Positions 48,031 through 56,871 of a stretch of DNA of 64,000 bases are shown one piece after another. Origin of the DNA: Lachnospiraceae bacterium (GTDB taxonomy: Bacteria; Bacillota; Clostridia; Lachnospirales; Lachnospiraceae); the NCBI GenBank assembly GCA_004552595.1, contig SFNX01000005.1:47496-111495 (forward strand), written 5' to 3'. Under the pieces are notes generated by a model that was not told where the DNA came from, made no database searches, and saw nothing but the letters and a program-made list of their open reading frames with translations. The first letter of the stretch is position 1. The number at the start of each line of letters is the position of its first letter. Made by a program: the position numbers and the translations under genes.

Positions 48031-48074
48031 GAAATAATAATACAAGAGCTCCGCGAAACTAAAAGCGGAGCTCT
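48031..48074 (-). terminator. Terminator after the GGGtGRT gene
   Basis: On the - strand: AGAGCUCCGC-loop-GCGGAGCUCU (10 bp perfect) followed by UGUAUUAUUAUUU. Confidence 0.7.
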
Positions 48075-48096
48075 AAGTATTATTAAAAATAATTTA

Positions 48097-49041
48097 TTAG
48101 AACTTACCAGCCTTAGCAGCTTCTTCAATTGAAACTGCAACTGCTACTGTCATACCTACCATAGGGTTGTTACCAGCTCCAATAAGACCCATCATTTCAA
48201 CGTGAGCCGGAACTGATGATGAACCTGCAAACTGAGCATCTGAATGCATACGTCCCATTGTATCTGTCATACCATATGAAGCAGGACCTGCAGCCATGTT
48301 ATCCGGATGAAGTGTACGACCTGTACCACCACCTGATGCAACTGAGAAGTACTTCTTACCCTGCTCTGTACATTCCTTCTTGTATGTACCTGCTACAGGA
48401 TGCTGGAAACGTGTAGGGTTTGTTGAGTTACCTGTGATAGATACGTCAACTCCCTCCTTATGCATGATAGCAACGCCTTCGCATACATCGTTAGCACCAT
48501 AACAGTTAACCTTAGCACGATCAACAAATGTAAATCCGTTGATTCTTGCGATAATCTGTGCAGCGTCCTTTCCAAGACCGTTAAGGATAACTCTAAGAGG
48601 TTTCTGACGAACCTTGTTAGCCTTTTCAGCAATACCGATAGCACCTTCTGCTGCGGCGAATGACTCATGTCCTGCAAGGAATGCAAAACATTCTGTCTCT
48701 TCTTCAAGAAGCATCTTACCAAGGTTACCATGTCCAAGACCAACCTTACGTGTGTCTGCTACTGAACCCGGGATACAGAATGACTGAAGTCCCTCACCGA
48801 TTGCAGCAGCTGCATCAGCTGCTTTTCTGCAACCCTTCTTAATTGCGATTGCTGCACCTACTATGTAAGCCCAGCATGCATTTTCAAAACAAATTGGCTG
48901 AATGCCCTTTACCATGTTATATACGTCAAGACCGGCATCCTTTGTGATTTTCTCAGCCTCTTCAATTGAAGAGATACCATACTCAGCAAGGACTTTGTTA
49001 ATCTGGTCAATACGTCTTTCATATGATTCAAATAAAGCCAT
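48097..49041 (-). CDS. GGGtGRT-family protein (function unknown)
   Basis: 314 aa. Contains the literal family signature SGGGTGRTLHPDN. GC-rich, biased codon usage. Confidence 0.85.
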   Translation of the reverse strand: MALFESYERRIDQINKVLAEYGISSIEEAEKITKDAGLDVYNMVKGIQPICFENACWAYIVGAAIAIKKGCRKAADAAAAIGEGLQSFCIPGSVADTRKVGLGHGNLGKMLLEEETECFAFLAGHESFAAAEGAIGIAEKANKVRQKPLRVILNGLGKDAAQIIARINGFTFVDRAKVNCYGANDVCEGVAIMHKEGVDVSITGNSTNPTRFQHPVAGTYKKECTEQGKKYFSVASGGGTGRTLHPDNMAAGPASYGMTDTMGRMHSDAQFAGSSSVPAHVEMMGLIGAGNNPMVGMTVAVAVSIEEAAKAGKF

Positions 49042-49058
49042 TTTAATTTCCTCCTATA

Positions 49059-49763
49059 TTATTTAATCTCTTCGTCTGTTCTAGGATCAATGATCTTAAC
49101 AGCATCAGCCACACGTCCGTACTGTCCGCAAGCCTTCTCATAAGCTGTTGTAGGATCGTCACCCTTCTTAATGAAGTCTGTCATCTTACCAAGTGATACG
49201 AACTTGTATCCGATAATCTGGTTATCTTTGTCAAGAGCGATACCTGTAACATATCCTTCAGCCATCTCTAAGTATCTAGGGCCCTTAGCTAAAGTACCGT
49301 ACATTGTACCAACCTGTGAACGAAGTCCCTTACCAAGGTCTTCAAGACCTGCACCAACTGCAAGACCACCTTCTGAGAATGCAGACTGTGAACGTCCGTA
49401 AGCAATCTGAAGGAAAAGCTCTCTCATAGCTGTATTGATAGCATCACATACAAGGTCTGTATTAAGTGCTTCAAGAACAGTTCTGCCAGGAAGAATTTCA
49501 GCAGCCATAGCAGCTGAATGTGTCATACCTGAACATCCGATAGTCTCAACTAAAGCTTCCTGAATGATACCTTCTTTAATGTTTAAAGAAAGCTTGCAGG
49601 CACCCTGCTGAGGAGCACACCAACCAATACCGTGTGTGAAACCTGAAATATCTTTTACTTCTTTTGATTTTACCCACTTAGCTTCTTCAGGGATAGGCGC
49701 ACATCCGTGGTTAACACCCTGAGCAACCGGGCACATGTTTTCAACTTCTTTTGTGTAAATCAT
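49059..49763 (-). CDS. NifU/IscU N-domain-like Cys protein with C-terminal extension
   Basis: 234 aa. Cys contexts GWCAPQQGAC, IGCSGMTHSAAMAAE and DLVCDAIN resemble the Fe-S scaffold fold. GGAG 7 nt upstream of the ATG. Confidence 0.8.
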   Translation of the reverse strand: MIYTKEVENMCPVAQGVNHGCAPIPEEAKWVKSKEVKDISGFTHGIGWCAPQQGACKLSLNIKEGIIQEALVETIGCSGMTHSAAMAAEILPGRTVLEALNTDLVCDAINTAMRELFLQIAYGRSQSAFSEGGLAVGAGLEDLGKGLRSQVGTMYGTLAKGPRYLEMAEGYVTGIALDKDNQIIGYKFVSLGKMTDFIKKGDDPTTAYEKACGQYGRVADAVKIIDPRTDEEIK

Positions 49764-49883
49764 GTGAAAACTCCTTTCAGTGTTTTATTTTATTTTTTAT
49801 GCAGTTGCTTATATAGCAAACGCAAAATGACCAATTAGTATTTTCTCACAAATATATACAAAAATCTAGTAATATAGCGCAAA

Positions 49884-50552
49884 TTATTGATTGCGAATTA
49901 CAATATCTCCTTGTTTTTTATATATGCTGTTTTCTTTTATTACACCTCTTACGCATGAGCATGGATACACACTTACATTCTTACCAAGAACTGTTCCCGG
50001 ATTAAGGACGCTGTTACAGCCTACTTCAACATTGTCGCCAAGCATTGCTCCAACCTTTTTACGGTTTGTTTCAATTGTTTTATCACCGCTTTTAATTATT
50101 ACATTAAGCTTATCGGATTTAACATTTGAAGTAATCGAACCTGCTCCCATGTGAGCCTTATATCCAAGAATTGAATCGCCCACATAATTGTAGTGAGGAA
50201 CCTGCACTTTATTAAATAGAATTACATTTTTAAGCTCTGTTGAATTACCAACAACAGCATCTTCACCAACTATTGCAGAACCTCTTATAAATGCACAGTG
50301 TCTTATTTCTGCACCCCTACATACAATTAATGGTCCGTTAAGACATGAAGACTTGGCAACTTTAGCTTCCTTATGTATAAAAATATCTTCTCCGATTTTG
50401 TCGTATTCACTTAAATCAAGAGTTTTTGAAAGTGAAACAATATAATCACTTATTCCGCCAAGTGCTTCCCACGGATACTCAAACTGTTTTAAATAATCAG
50501 CTGCTATTGTTTCGTTAAGATCATATAAATTAATAATTTTTGCTTCATTCAT
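49884..50552 (-). CDS. Left-handed beta-helix (hexapeptide-repeat) transferase-family protein, GlmU C-terminal-like
   Basis: 222 aa. Repeated [LIV]-G-x4 hexapeptides (IVGEDAVVGNSTELKNVILFNKVQVPHYNYVGDSILGYKAHMGAGS). No nucleotidyltransferase domain. Confidence 0.65.
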   Translation of the reverse strand: MNEAKIINLYDLNETIAADYLKQFEYPWEALGGISDYIVSLSKTLDLSEYDKIGEDIFIHKEAKVAKSSCLNGPLIVCRGAEIRHCAFIRGSAIVGEDAVVGNSTELKNVILFNKVQVPHYNYVGDSILGYKAHMGAGSITSNVKSDKLNVIIKSGDKTIETNRKKVGAMLGDNVEVGCNSVLNPGTVLGKNVSVYPCSCVRGVIKENSIYKKQGDIVIRNQ

Positions 50553-50561
50553 ATTAATACC

Positions 50562-52640
50562 TTACCCAGTCTTTTTATTTGAATTTTTAGATGTCGATTT
50601 CTTCGTGCTCTTATAGTATTTTGAAGCCTCGTTATATTTTGCATATAATGCATTTTGATTGTTAAGACCTCTCACAAGTTCTGTTCTTCTTGCAACGTAA
50701 TCATAAAGCTTTTCACGATATTCATCATATGAAGTAGTGCCCTCGGCCACCTGATTAAGTCCTTTCTCCCAACTTGCCGTAAGTCTTGGGTCAAGAAGCG
50801 GACGTATTGAATTGTCAACAACATCGTATATCATTTCACCAAGAAGCTTTGGCGTAATAACCTGCGTCTTGGCATTATTATTAAGATAACCCTTTAAGCA
50901 GAGTTTCTCAAGAATTCCTGACCTTGTCGCAGGTGTTCCTATTCCGCTACCCTTAAGTAAAGCCCTTAAGTCTTCGTTATCATCAATCTGCTGACCGGCA
51001 TTCTCCATTGCCTTCATAAGCGTTCCTGATGTGTAACGTTTTGGTGGTGATGTTTCACCCTCTTTTATATCGTATTTTTGCGAATATAAAGTATCACCTT
51101 TATTAAGTGAATCAAAAAGCTTTAAGAACTCAGCATCAACTTTTATTTCATCATTGTCTTTTTCTTTATCAGAAGCATCATCATCTGATGATACATTTGA
51201 ACTTAAATCTTTTTTCTTTGAAAAAGAATAAGTTGTAGCTTTCAAATAGCCCTCATTAGTTAACACTTTAAAATTTGCAAAGAAGCTTTCGTTCCCTGCT
51301 TTTACACATACCGAAACTTTTTCATATTCACTTGGCGGATAAAATATTGAAAGAAATCTTCTTACAATAATTTCATATACCTTTTGAATTGTCTCATGTA
51401 ATGACGTTAAAGCCTCAATTCCCTGACCTGTAGGTATTACAGCATAGTGGTCAGTGATTGCCTTATCATTGACATATTTTGTCTTATCTATATTTTTGTA
51501 TGAACCATTTGATAATATTTCATCTGCAAGATCTTTTACAAGAGGATAATTCTTAAGCCCGTTTATGTTTTTATATATTTCTTTTGCAACTGCTGATGAT
51601 AAAACTCTTGCATCGGTTCTTGGATATGTAACCAACTTTCTTTCATATAAAGTCTGAATTGCTTCAAGTGTTTTATCCGGACTGATTTTAAAAAGCTTTG
51701 AACACTCCTCTTGTAAATCTGTAAGATTATATAAAAACGGCGGATTCTTAAGCTCTTTTTTCTTATCCTTTGATTTAAGAGTAACTTCTCTTGGAAGAAG
51801 GTTAATCATATTCTCAGCATCTTCTTTTTTCTTAAAACCTTTTTCAGAATAAAGAAGAGGTGACTCAAAATAGTCAGAACCTTTTACTGCCTTAAATTCA
51901 GCAGGAAAGCTTACTGCATCTATATTATCGTCAAGTGCTATTGAGGCTATCACCTTATAAAATGGCGTCTTTACAAAGTTTCTTATCTCTCGTTCTCTTG
52001 ATACGACCATACCAAGAACACAAGTCATTACACGTCCTACTGCAATTGTAACCTTATCATCATTTAGAAAATTTTTAATTGACTGGGAATACTTAAGTGC
52101 AAGAGCACGTGAAAAATTTATACCCATAAGGTAGTCTTCCATTGCTCTTAAATATGCCGCATCAGAAAGACTATCATACTCACTTAAATCCTTAGCTTCT
52201 TTAATACCGCGAATTATTTCTTCATCGGTCTGAGAGTCAATCCATACTCTCTTACGTACCTTTCCTTTCACATCTGCCTGCATTTCAACAAGCCTGTAAA
52301 TATATTCTCCCTCACGTCCCGAGTCAGTACAAACATAAATAGTATCAACATCTTCGCGGTTTAATAATTTGCTTACAATATTAAACTGCTCCTTTGCACT
52401 TGAAATTACTTCATATAAATATTTTTCAGGCAAAAAAGGAAGTGTTGCAAACGACCACTTCTTGTACTTCTCATCATATGCATCAGGATAAGACATAGTC
52501 ACAAGATGTCCGACGCACCATGTGATTATTGTATTTTCCGATTCCATATATCCGTTATGATTTTGTGTTTTAAGCTTAAGAGCCGCTGCAAACTGTCTTG
52601 CAACCGAAGGCTTCTCAGCGATAAATACTGTTTTTCCCAT
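50562..52640 (-). CDS. topB: DNA topoisomerase III (type IA)
   Basis: 692 aa. Toprim N-terminus (KTVFIAEKPSVA, DSGREGE). Catalytic Tyr context VTYPRTDARVL. Lys/Ser-rich tail, no Zn fingers. Confidence 0.9.
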   Translation of the reverse strand: MGKTVFIAEKPSVARQFAAALKLKTQNHNGYMESENTIITWCVGHLVTMSYPDAYDEKYKKWSFATLPFLPEKYLYEVISSAKEQFNIVSKLLNREDVDTIYVCTDSGREGEYIYRLVEMQADVKGKVRKRVWIDSQTDEEIIRGIKEAKDLSEYDSLSDAAYLRAMEDYLMGINFSRALALKYSQSIKNFLNDDKVTIAVGRVMTCVLGMVVSREREIRNFVKTPFYKVIASIALDDNIDAVSFPAEFKAVKGSDYFESPLLYSEKGFKKKEDAENMINLLPREVTLKSKDKKKELKNPPFLYNLTDLQEECSKLFKISPDKTLEAIQTLYERKLVTYPRTDARVLSSAVAKEIYKNINGLKNYPLVKDLADEILSNGSYKNIDKTKYVNDKAITDHYAVIPTGQGIEALTSLHETIQKVYEIIVRRFLSIFYPPSEYEKVSVCVKAGNESFFANFKVLTNEGYLKATTYSFSKKKDLSSNVSSDDDASDKEKDNDEIKVDAEFLKLFDSLNKGDTLYSQKYDIKEGETSPPKRYTSGTLMKAMENAGQQIDDNEDLRALLKGSGIGTPATRSGILEKLCLKGYLNNNAKTQVITPKLLGEMIYDVVDNSIRPLLDPRLTASWEKGLNQVAEGTTSYDEYREKLYDYVARRTELVRGLNNQNALYAKYNEASKYYKSTKKSTSKNSNKKTG

Positions 52641-54008
52641 TTACAACATAGATAAATCAATTAAAAACAAATCATCTGAGCTTTCTGCTATATATAGTAA
52701 TCTTTCATCAAAGCCCTTTTTTGAAAACAAATAATAATAATCTCCGGAAAGCTTTGCCTGTTTAACCATAAATTTCAGCCATTCAAAATCTTCATATGAA
52801 ATATTGTCTTTCTCATATTCGCAAAGACAAATTATATTTCTGTCTTCATTATCGGAAAGTACTATGTCAATATTTCCAAGCTTTCCTATCCATGTACCAA
52901 AGCTTTCTGCCTTAATCGGAAGTTTTTCCATTTTATTAAGGATCGACATATATTCAAAGCATACTTTTTTAAATGCATACTTTGCAAAATCACACAGATA
53001 CGGTTCAATTCGTGTCTTATAGAATTTCTCCTTATCGGACAAAAGAAGCTCTGATAAATTAGGATATATAAATCTGTAAAAGAACAACATTAACCCATCT
53101 TTTATTGAATATACGCCTTTAACTGTATTCTCCTTACCAAGAGTGTCAAAAGACTCGATTTTCTCAATAAGGTTATGCTCCATAAGATTGCTTAAATAGA
53201 CGCTGATTTTTGATCTTTCATAACCGGTAGCTTTATGAAGATCACTTAATTTATTGTTCCCCTTAGCAATGTTAATAAGAATAGTATTATAGACACTGTG
53301 CTCTCTTAATTCAGGTGGAAGAATATTCATTCCCTTTTTATATAGTACGCCCTCTTCTGAAAGTAATGTGTCAATAATATTTTGTTTAAGAGTAGTATTG
53401 TTGTTAAAAGCAAGAATTCTTTTACTCTTTCCTGAAAGTATAGCATATGAGACAATAAGCTCTTCTTTGGAAAATCTGCTAAAGTGCCTCATTAAGTCAA
53501 TAAATGTAAGTTCATTCAGCTTAATAATGCCCGCAATTTCATATGCCGTTTCCTTAAGCTTTTCAACCATTTGATTTTCAACAAAAAATGCATTTGATGA
53601 TAAAAGAATAAAGAGAACAGGCTGATTGCCCCATTTATTATTAATACATTTAAGTATTTCAACAACTAATTCATTGGAATATTTAATAATATGCTGGAAT
53701 TCATCAATAACTACGACACGCTTTTCGCACTTCGCTTCCATCATTGCCTTTAGCGCACCATAATACCCCGGTTCGGTAATTACAGATTTTATTAATTGCT
53801 TGTTGATGGAATTTCGAAACTGATTAATCTGTTCATCACTTGAAAGCTGAAGTGCTCTATAATAAAAGAATTCCTTATCGCGTAAGAAATCCTTTATTAT
53901 TTCGTGAATATCACTATCCGAATCAGAATAAAAAACGACAACCTGATTCTCATTTGAATTGTATAGCTTTGAAAGATTTGCAAGCTGATTTTTTCTATTA
54001 AAAGTCAT
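52641..54008 (-). CDS. Arch_ATPase/DUF234-family protein with degenerate Walker A
   Basis: 455 aa. N-terminus aligns to the family FxGRxxEL..L...YGRRRxGKT block but reads VVFYSDSDSDIHEII (53904-53933). Walker B VVVIDEF is retained. wHTH segment present. C-terminal DUF234-like IDIV...ICLCEYEK (PD-(D/E)xK-like). The TAA stop directly abuts the topB ATG. Confidence 0.75.
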   Translation of the reverse strand: MTFNRKNQLANLSKLYNSNENQVVVFYSDSDSDIHEIIKDFLRDKEFFYYRALQLSSDEQINQFRNSINKQLIKSVITEPGYYGALKAMMEAKCEKRVVVIDEFQHIIKYSNELVVEILKCINNKWGNQPVLFILLSSNAFFVENQMVEKLKETAYEIAGIIKLNELTFIDLMRHFSRFSKEELIVSYAILSGKSKRILAFNNNTTLKQNIIDTLLSEEGVLYKKGMNILPPELREHSVYNTILINIAKGNNKLSDLHKATGYERSKISVYLSNLMEHNLIEKIESFDTLGKENTVKGVYSIKDGLMLFFYRFIYPNLSELLLSDKEKFYKTRIEPYLCDFAKYAFKKVCFEYMSILNKMEKLPIKAESFGTWIGKLGNIDIVLSDNEDRNIICLCEYEKDNISYEDFEWLKFMVKQAKLSGDYYYLFSKKGFDERLLYIAESSDDLFLIDLSML

Positions 54009-54016
54009 ATCAAATA

Positions 54017-55756
54017 CTATGGCATCTGTCTAATAATAATTTTTTCAAATTCAGATTTCTTAACAGGTTTTGAAAGTAAAAATCCCTGGATAAGATCACA
54101 ACCCATGTCCTTAAGACAATCAAGCTGTTCTTTATGCTCAACTCCTTCAGCTACTGTTTCAAGGTCAAGTTTTTTGACCATGTCAACGACTGAACCTGTA
54201 ATATTTGCTGTCTTATTATTGATACATATATCATCAATAAAAGACTTATCAATCTTAAGTGTTGTAATCGGGAGTTCTCTTAAATAGCTGAGTGAAGAAA
54301 ATCCTGTACCGAAGTCATCAAGCGAAACCCTGATTCCAAGCTGACTGAGAATTCTTAATGTTTCAATCATTGTGTCAAAGTCATTGATTAATACTGACTC
54401 TGTAATTTCAAGCTCAATGAGTCCCGGATCAACCTCATAATAATCAATAAGCTTTTGGAGATTATCAATGAAATCGGATCTCTGAAGCTGTATAGCTGAA
54501 ACATTTATCGAAATAATATAGTTGGCACGGTACTTAACTTTCCACTCATGAATACTCTTAAATACTTCTCTGAATACAAAATTACCTATTTCAATAATTG
54601 TTCCGTTCTTCTCGGCAAGCGGAATAAAATCAAGCGGCCTATATACTACATTTTCATTTTCATCAAGCCATCTGATTAAAGCCTCTGCGCCTCTTAACGC
54701 ACCTGTATTAGCATCATACTGCGGCTGGAAGTAAACTGAAAGCTCATTATTTAAAATAGCATCATTTAATTTGTTTTCAAGAACTATTTCTTCCTGATAT
54801 ACTTTTAATATTTCATCACTGAAATATGAAATTGAACCCTTTTCATGCTGCTTTGATGCATAAAGAACAATTTCTGCATTTTTAATTAATTCTAAAGCAT
54901 CATGTCCACAGCCGGGATATTCGCAAACACCTGCTGATACAGATATAGTAACTTCTGCTTTATTTGTAAGAATAAATGGCTTTTTAACACGGTCTCTGAT
55001 TGTTTTAAATATCATATCGGAACAATTCTTGCCGCAAGGGTCAAATATTGCAATCGCAAAAACATCAGAACCGTATCTTCCGACTTTAATCTTATCAGTA
55101 GATAAGCTCTTAATAAATAGAGCAAGACTCTGAACAAGCTCATCACCGTATACTAAACCAAGCGAATCATTGATTTTCTTAAAGTTATCAATGTCCACAA
55201 GCATGAGTTCAACACTGGTATTTTCTTTACTTGCCTTTTCAAGTAAATCTCTTAATACAGTAAAGAAATGATTTCTGTTATAAAGGCTTGTAAGAACATC
55301 ATAATATGCATAATATTCAAGCTCTTCAGACTTTTTCTTAATTTGTGTAATATCTTCGACACTTATAAGCTTTTCAATAAATTTGCCGTTATTGTCCTTA
55401 AAAAAGATTCGTCTGGCACTTATACACTTTTTACTTTTTTTCGATGTAAACTCAATTGATGCGCTTAATGAATCGTTAATTGACGGAAATGAGTTTAAGA
55501 AATCCCTTACCTTTTTCTGATCTTCATCACATACAAATGAAATGAGGTAGTTCTCATCATAAGGTTGTCTTGTTAAGTTTTCGCCAACAAGTTTATCCCA
55601 TGCACCAAACATCTCTATTCGATGTTCGTTTTTTAAATCAAAATAAATGTAAGCAGCACCGCTGAACTCACAAGCAAGCTTATAAACATGCTCGGAGTTC
55701 ATCAATCGTTCATTGATTGCTGTTAATAAATCGATTTGGTACTGAGTATCTTCCAT
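54017..55756 (-). CDS. PAS - degenerate GGDEF - EAL c-di-GMP phosphodiesterase
   Basis: 579 aa. The GGDEF position reads RYGSDVF (55058-55078). The EAL domain is intact: EAL (54677-54685), DDFGTGFSS, KIDKSF, EGVE, QGF. Confidence 0.85.
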   Translation of the reverse strand: MEDTQYQIDLLTAINERLMNSEHVYKLACEFSGAAYIYFDLKNEHRIEMFGAWDKLVGENLTRQPYDENYLISFVCDEDQKKVRDFLNSFPSINDSLSASIEFTSKKSKKCISARRIFFKDNNGKFIEKLISVEDITQIKKKSEELEYYAYYDVLTSLYNRNHFFTVLRDLLEKASKENTSVELMLVDIDNFKKINDSLGLVYGDELVQSLALFIKSLSTDKIKVGRYGSDVFAIAIFDPCGKNCSDMIFKTIRDRVKKPFILTNKAEVTISVSAGVCEYPGCGHDALELIKNAEIVLYASKQHEKGSISYFSDEILKVYQEEIVLENKLNDAILNNELSVYFQPQYDANTGALRGAEALIRWLDENENVVYRPLDFIPLAEKNGTIIEIGNFVFREVFKSIHEWKVKYRANYIISINVSAIQLQRSDFIDNLQKLIDYYEVDPGLIELEITESVLINDFDTMIETLRILSQLGIRVSLDDFGTGFSSLSYLRELPITTLKIDKSFIDDICINNKTANITGSVVDMVKKLDLETVAEGVEHKEQLDCLKDMGCDLIQGFLLSKPVKKSEFEKIIIRQMP

Positions 55757-55770
55757 TTAGTATTTCCTGA

Positions 55771-56853
55771 TTATTTCTTATTGATAAATCCTTTTGCCTT
55801 GAGAAGTTCTGCGCAAAGTACTGCTCCACCTGCGGCTCCTCTTACAGTATTGTGTGAAAGACCGACAAATTTGTAATCATAGATTGTATCTTCCCTTAAT
55901 CTGCCGATTGAAATTCCCATTCCATTTTCATAATCCACATCAAGCTTAACCTGAGGACGATTATCCTCTTCCATGTACTGAATAAACTGTTTAGGTGCAG
56001 AAGGAAGCTTTAATTCCTGTGGAACACCGCTGTAGTTAACAAGCTTTTCAATAAGCTGCTCTTTTGTAGGCTTTTTATTGAATTTAACAAATACAGCTGC
56101 AGTATGTCCGTTAAGAACAGGAACTCTTATGCACTGGCTTGAAATCTTAGGAAGTGAAGCCTTTACAATTTCATCACCTTCAACTGTACCGTAAACCTTT
56201 AATGGCTCCTGCTCTGACTTTTCTTCTTCACCACCAATATATGGAATAATATTTTCAACCATCTCCGGCCAGTCTTTAAAAGTCTTACCTGCGCCTGAAA
56301 TTGCCTGATATGTTGTTGCAATTACTTCATATGGCTCAAATTCTCTCCATGCATATAATACAGGAGCATAAGACTGTATTGAGCAGTTAGGTTTAACAGC
56401 AATGAAACCTCTTTTTGTTCCAAGTCTCTTCTTCTGAGCCTCAATAATATCAGTATGCTGTGGATTTATCTCAGGAATAATCATTGGAACATCTTTTGTC
56501 CATCTGTGAGCTGAATTGTTAGAAACTACAGGAGTTTCTGTCTTAGCATATGCTTCTTCAATTGCTCTTATTTCATCCTTAGTCATATCAACAGCCGAGA
56601 AAACAAAATCAACCTTTGATGCTACGTTCTCAACTTCATTAACATTCATAACAATAAGCTTTTTAACTGCTTCAGGCATTGGAGTTGTCATTTTCCATCT
56701 GTCACCTACAGCTTCCTCATATGTCTTGCCTGCTGAACGTGGTGATGCTGCCACACACACTACTTCAAACCATGGATGATTTTCAAGCAATGAAATAAAG
56801 CGCTGTCCTACCATTCCGGTAGCACCTAAAATACCTACTTTTAATTTTTCCAT
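55771..56853 (-). CDS. asd: Aspartate-semialdehyde dehydrogenase
   Basis: 360 aa. GATGMVGQ NADP motif and active-site context KPNCSIQ. Confidence 0.9.
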   Translation of the reverse strand: MEKLKVGILGATGMVGQRFISLLENHPWFEVVCVAASPRSAGKTYEEAVGDRWKMTTPMPEAVKKLIVMNVNEVENVASKVDFVFSAVDMTKDEIRAIEEAYAKTETPVVSNNSAHRWTKDVPMIIPEINPQHTDIIEAQKKRLGTKRGFIAVKPNCSIQSYAPVLYAWREFEPYEVIATTYQAISGAGKTFKDWPEMVENIIPYIGGEEEKSEQEPLKVYGTVEGDEIVKASLPKISSQCIRVPVLNGHTAAVFVKFNKKPTKEQLIEKLVNYSGVPQELKLPSAPKQFIQYMEEDNRPQVKLDVDYENGMGISIGRLREDTIYDYKFVGLSHNTVRGAAGGAVLCAELLKAKGFINKK

Positions 56854-56871
56854 AATATTCTCCTCTTTTAA

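Noticed and set aside
49764-49883. Rex operator upstream of the NifU-like gene (TTGTGAGAAAATAC on the - strand, about 49835-49848)
   Set aside because: Only one half-site resembles TTGTGAA, and no matching TTCACAA half lies at the right spacing. The separate TTGCT-N5-AGCAA palindrome is reported in the finding instead.
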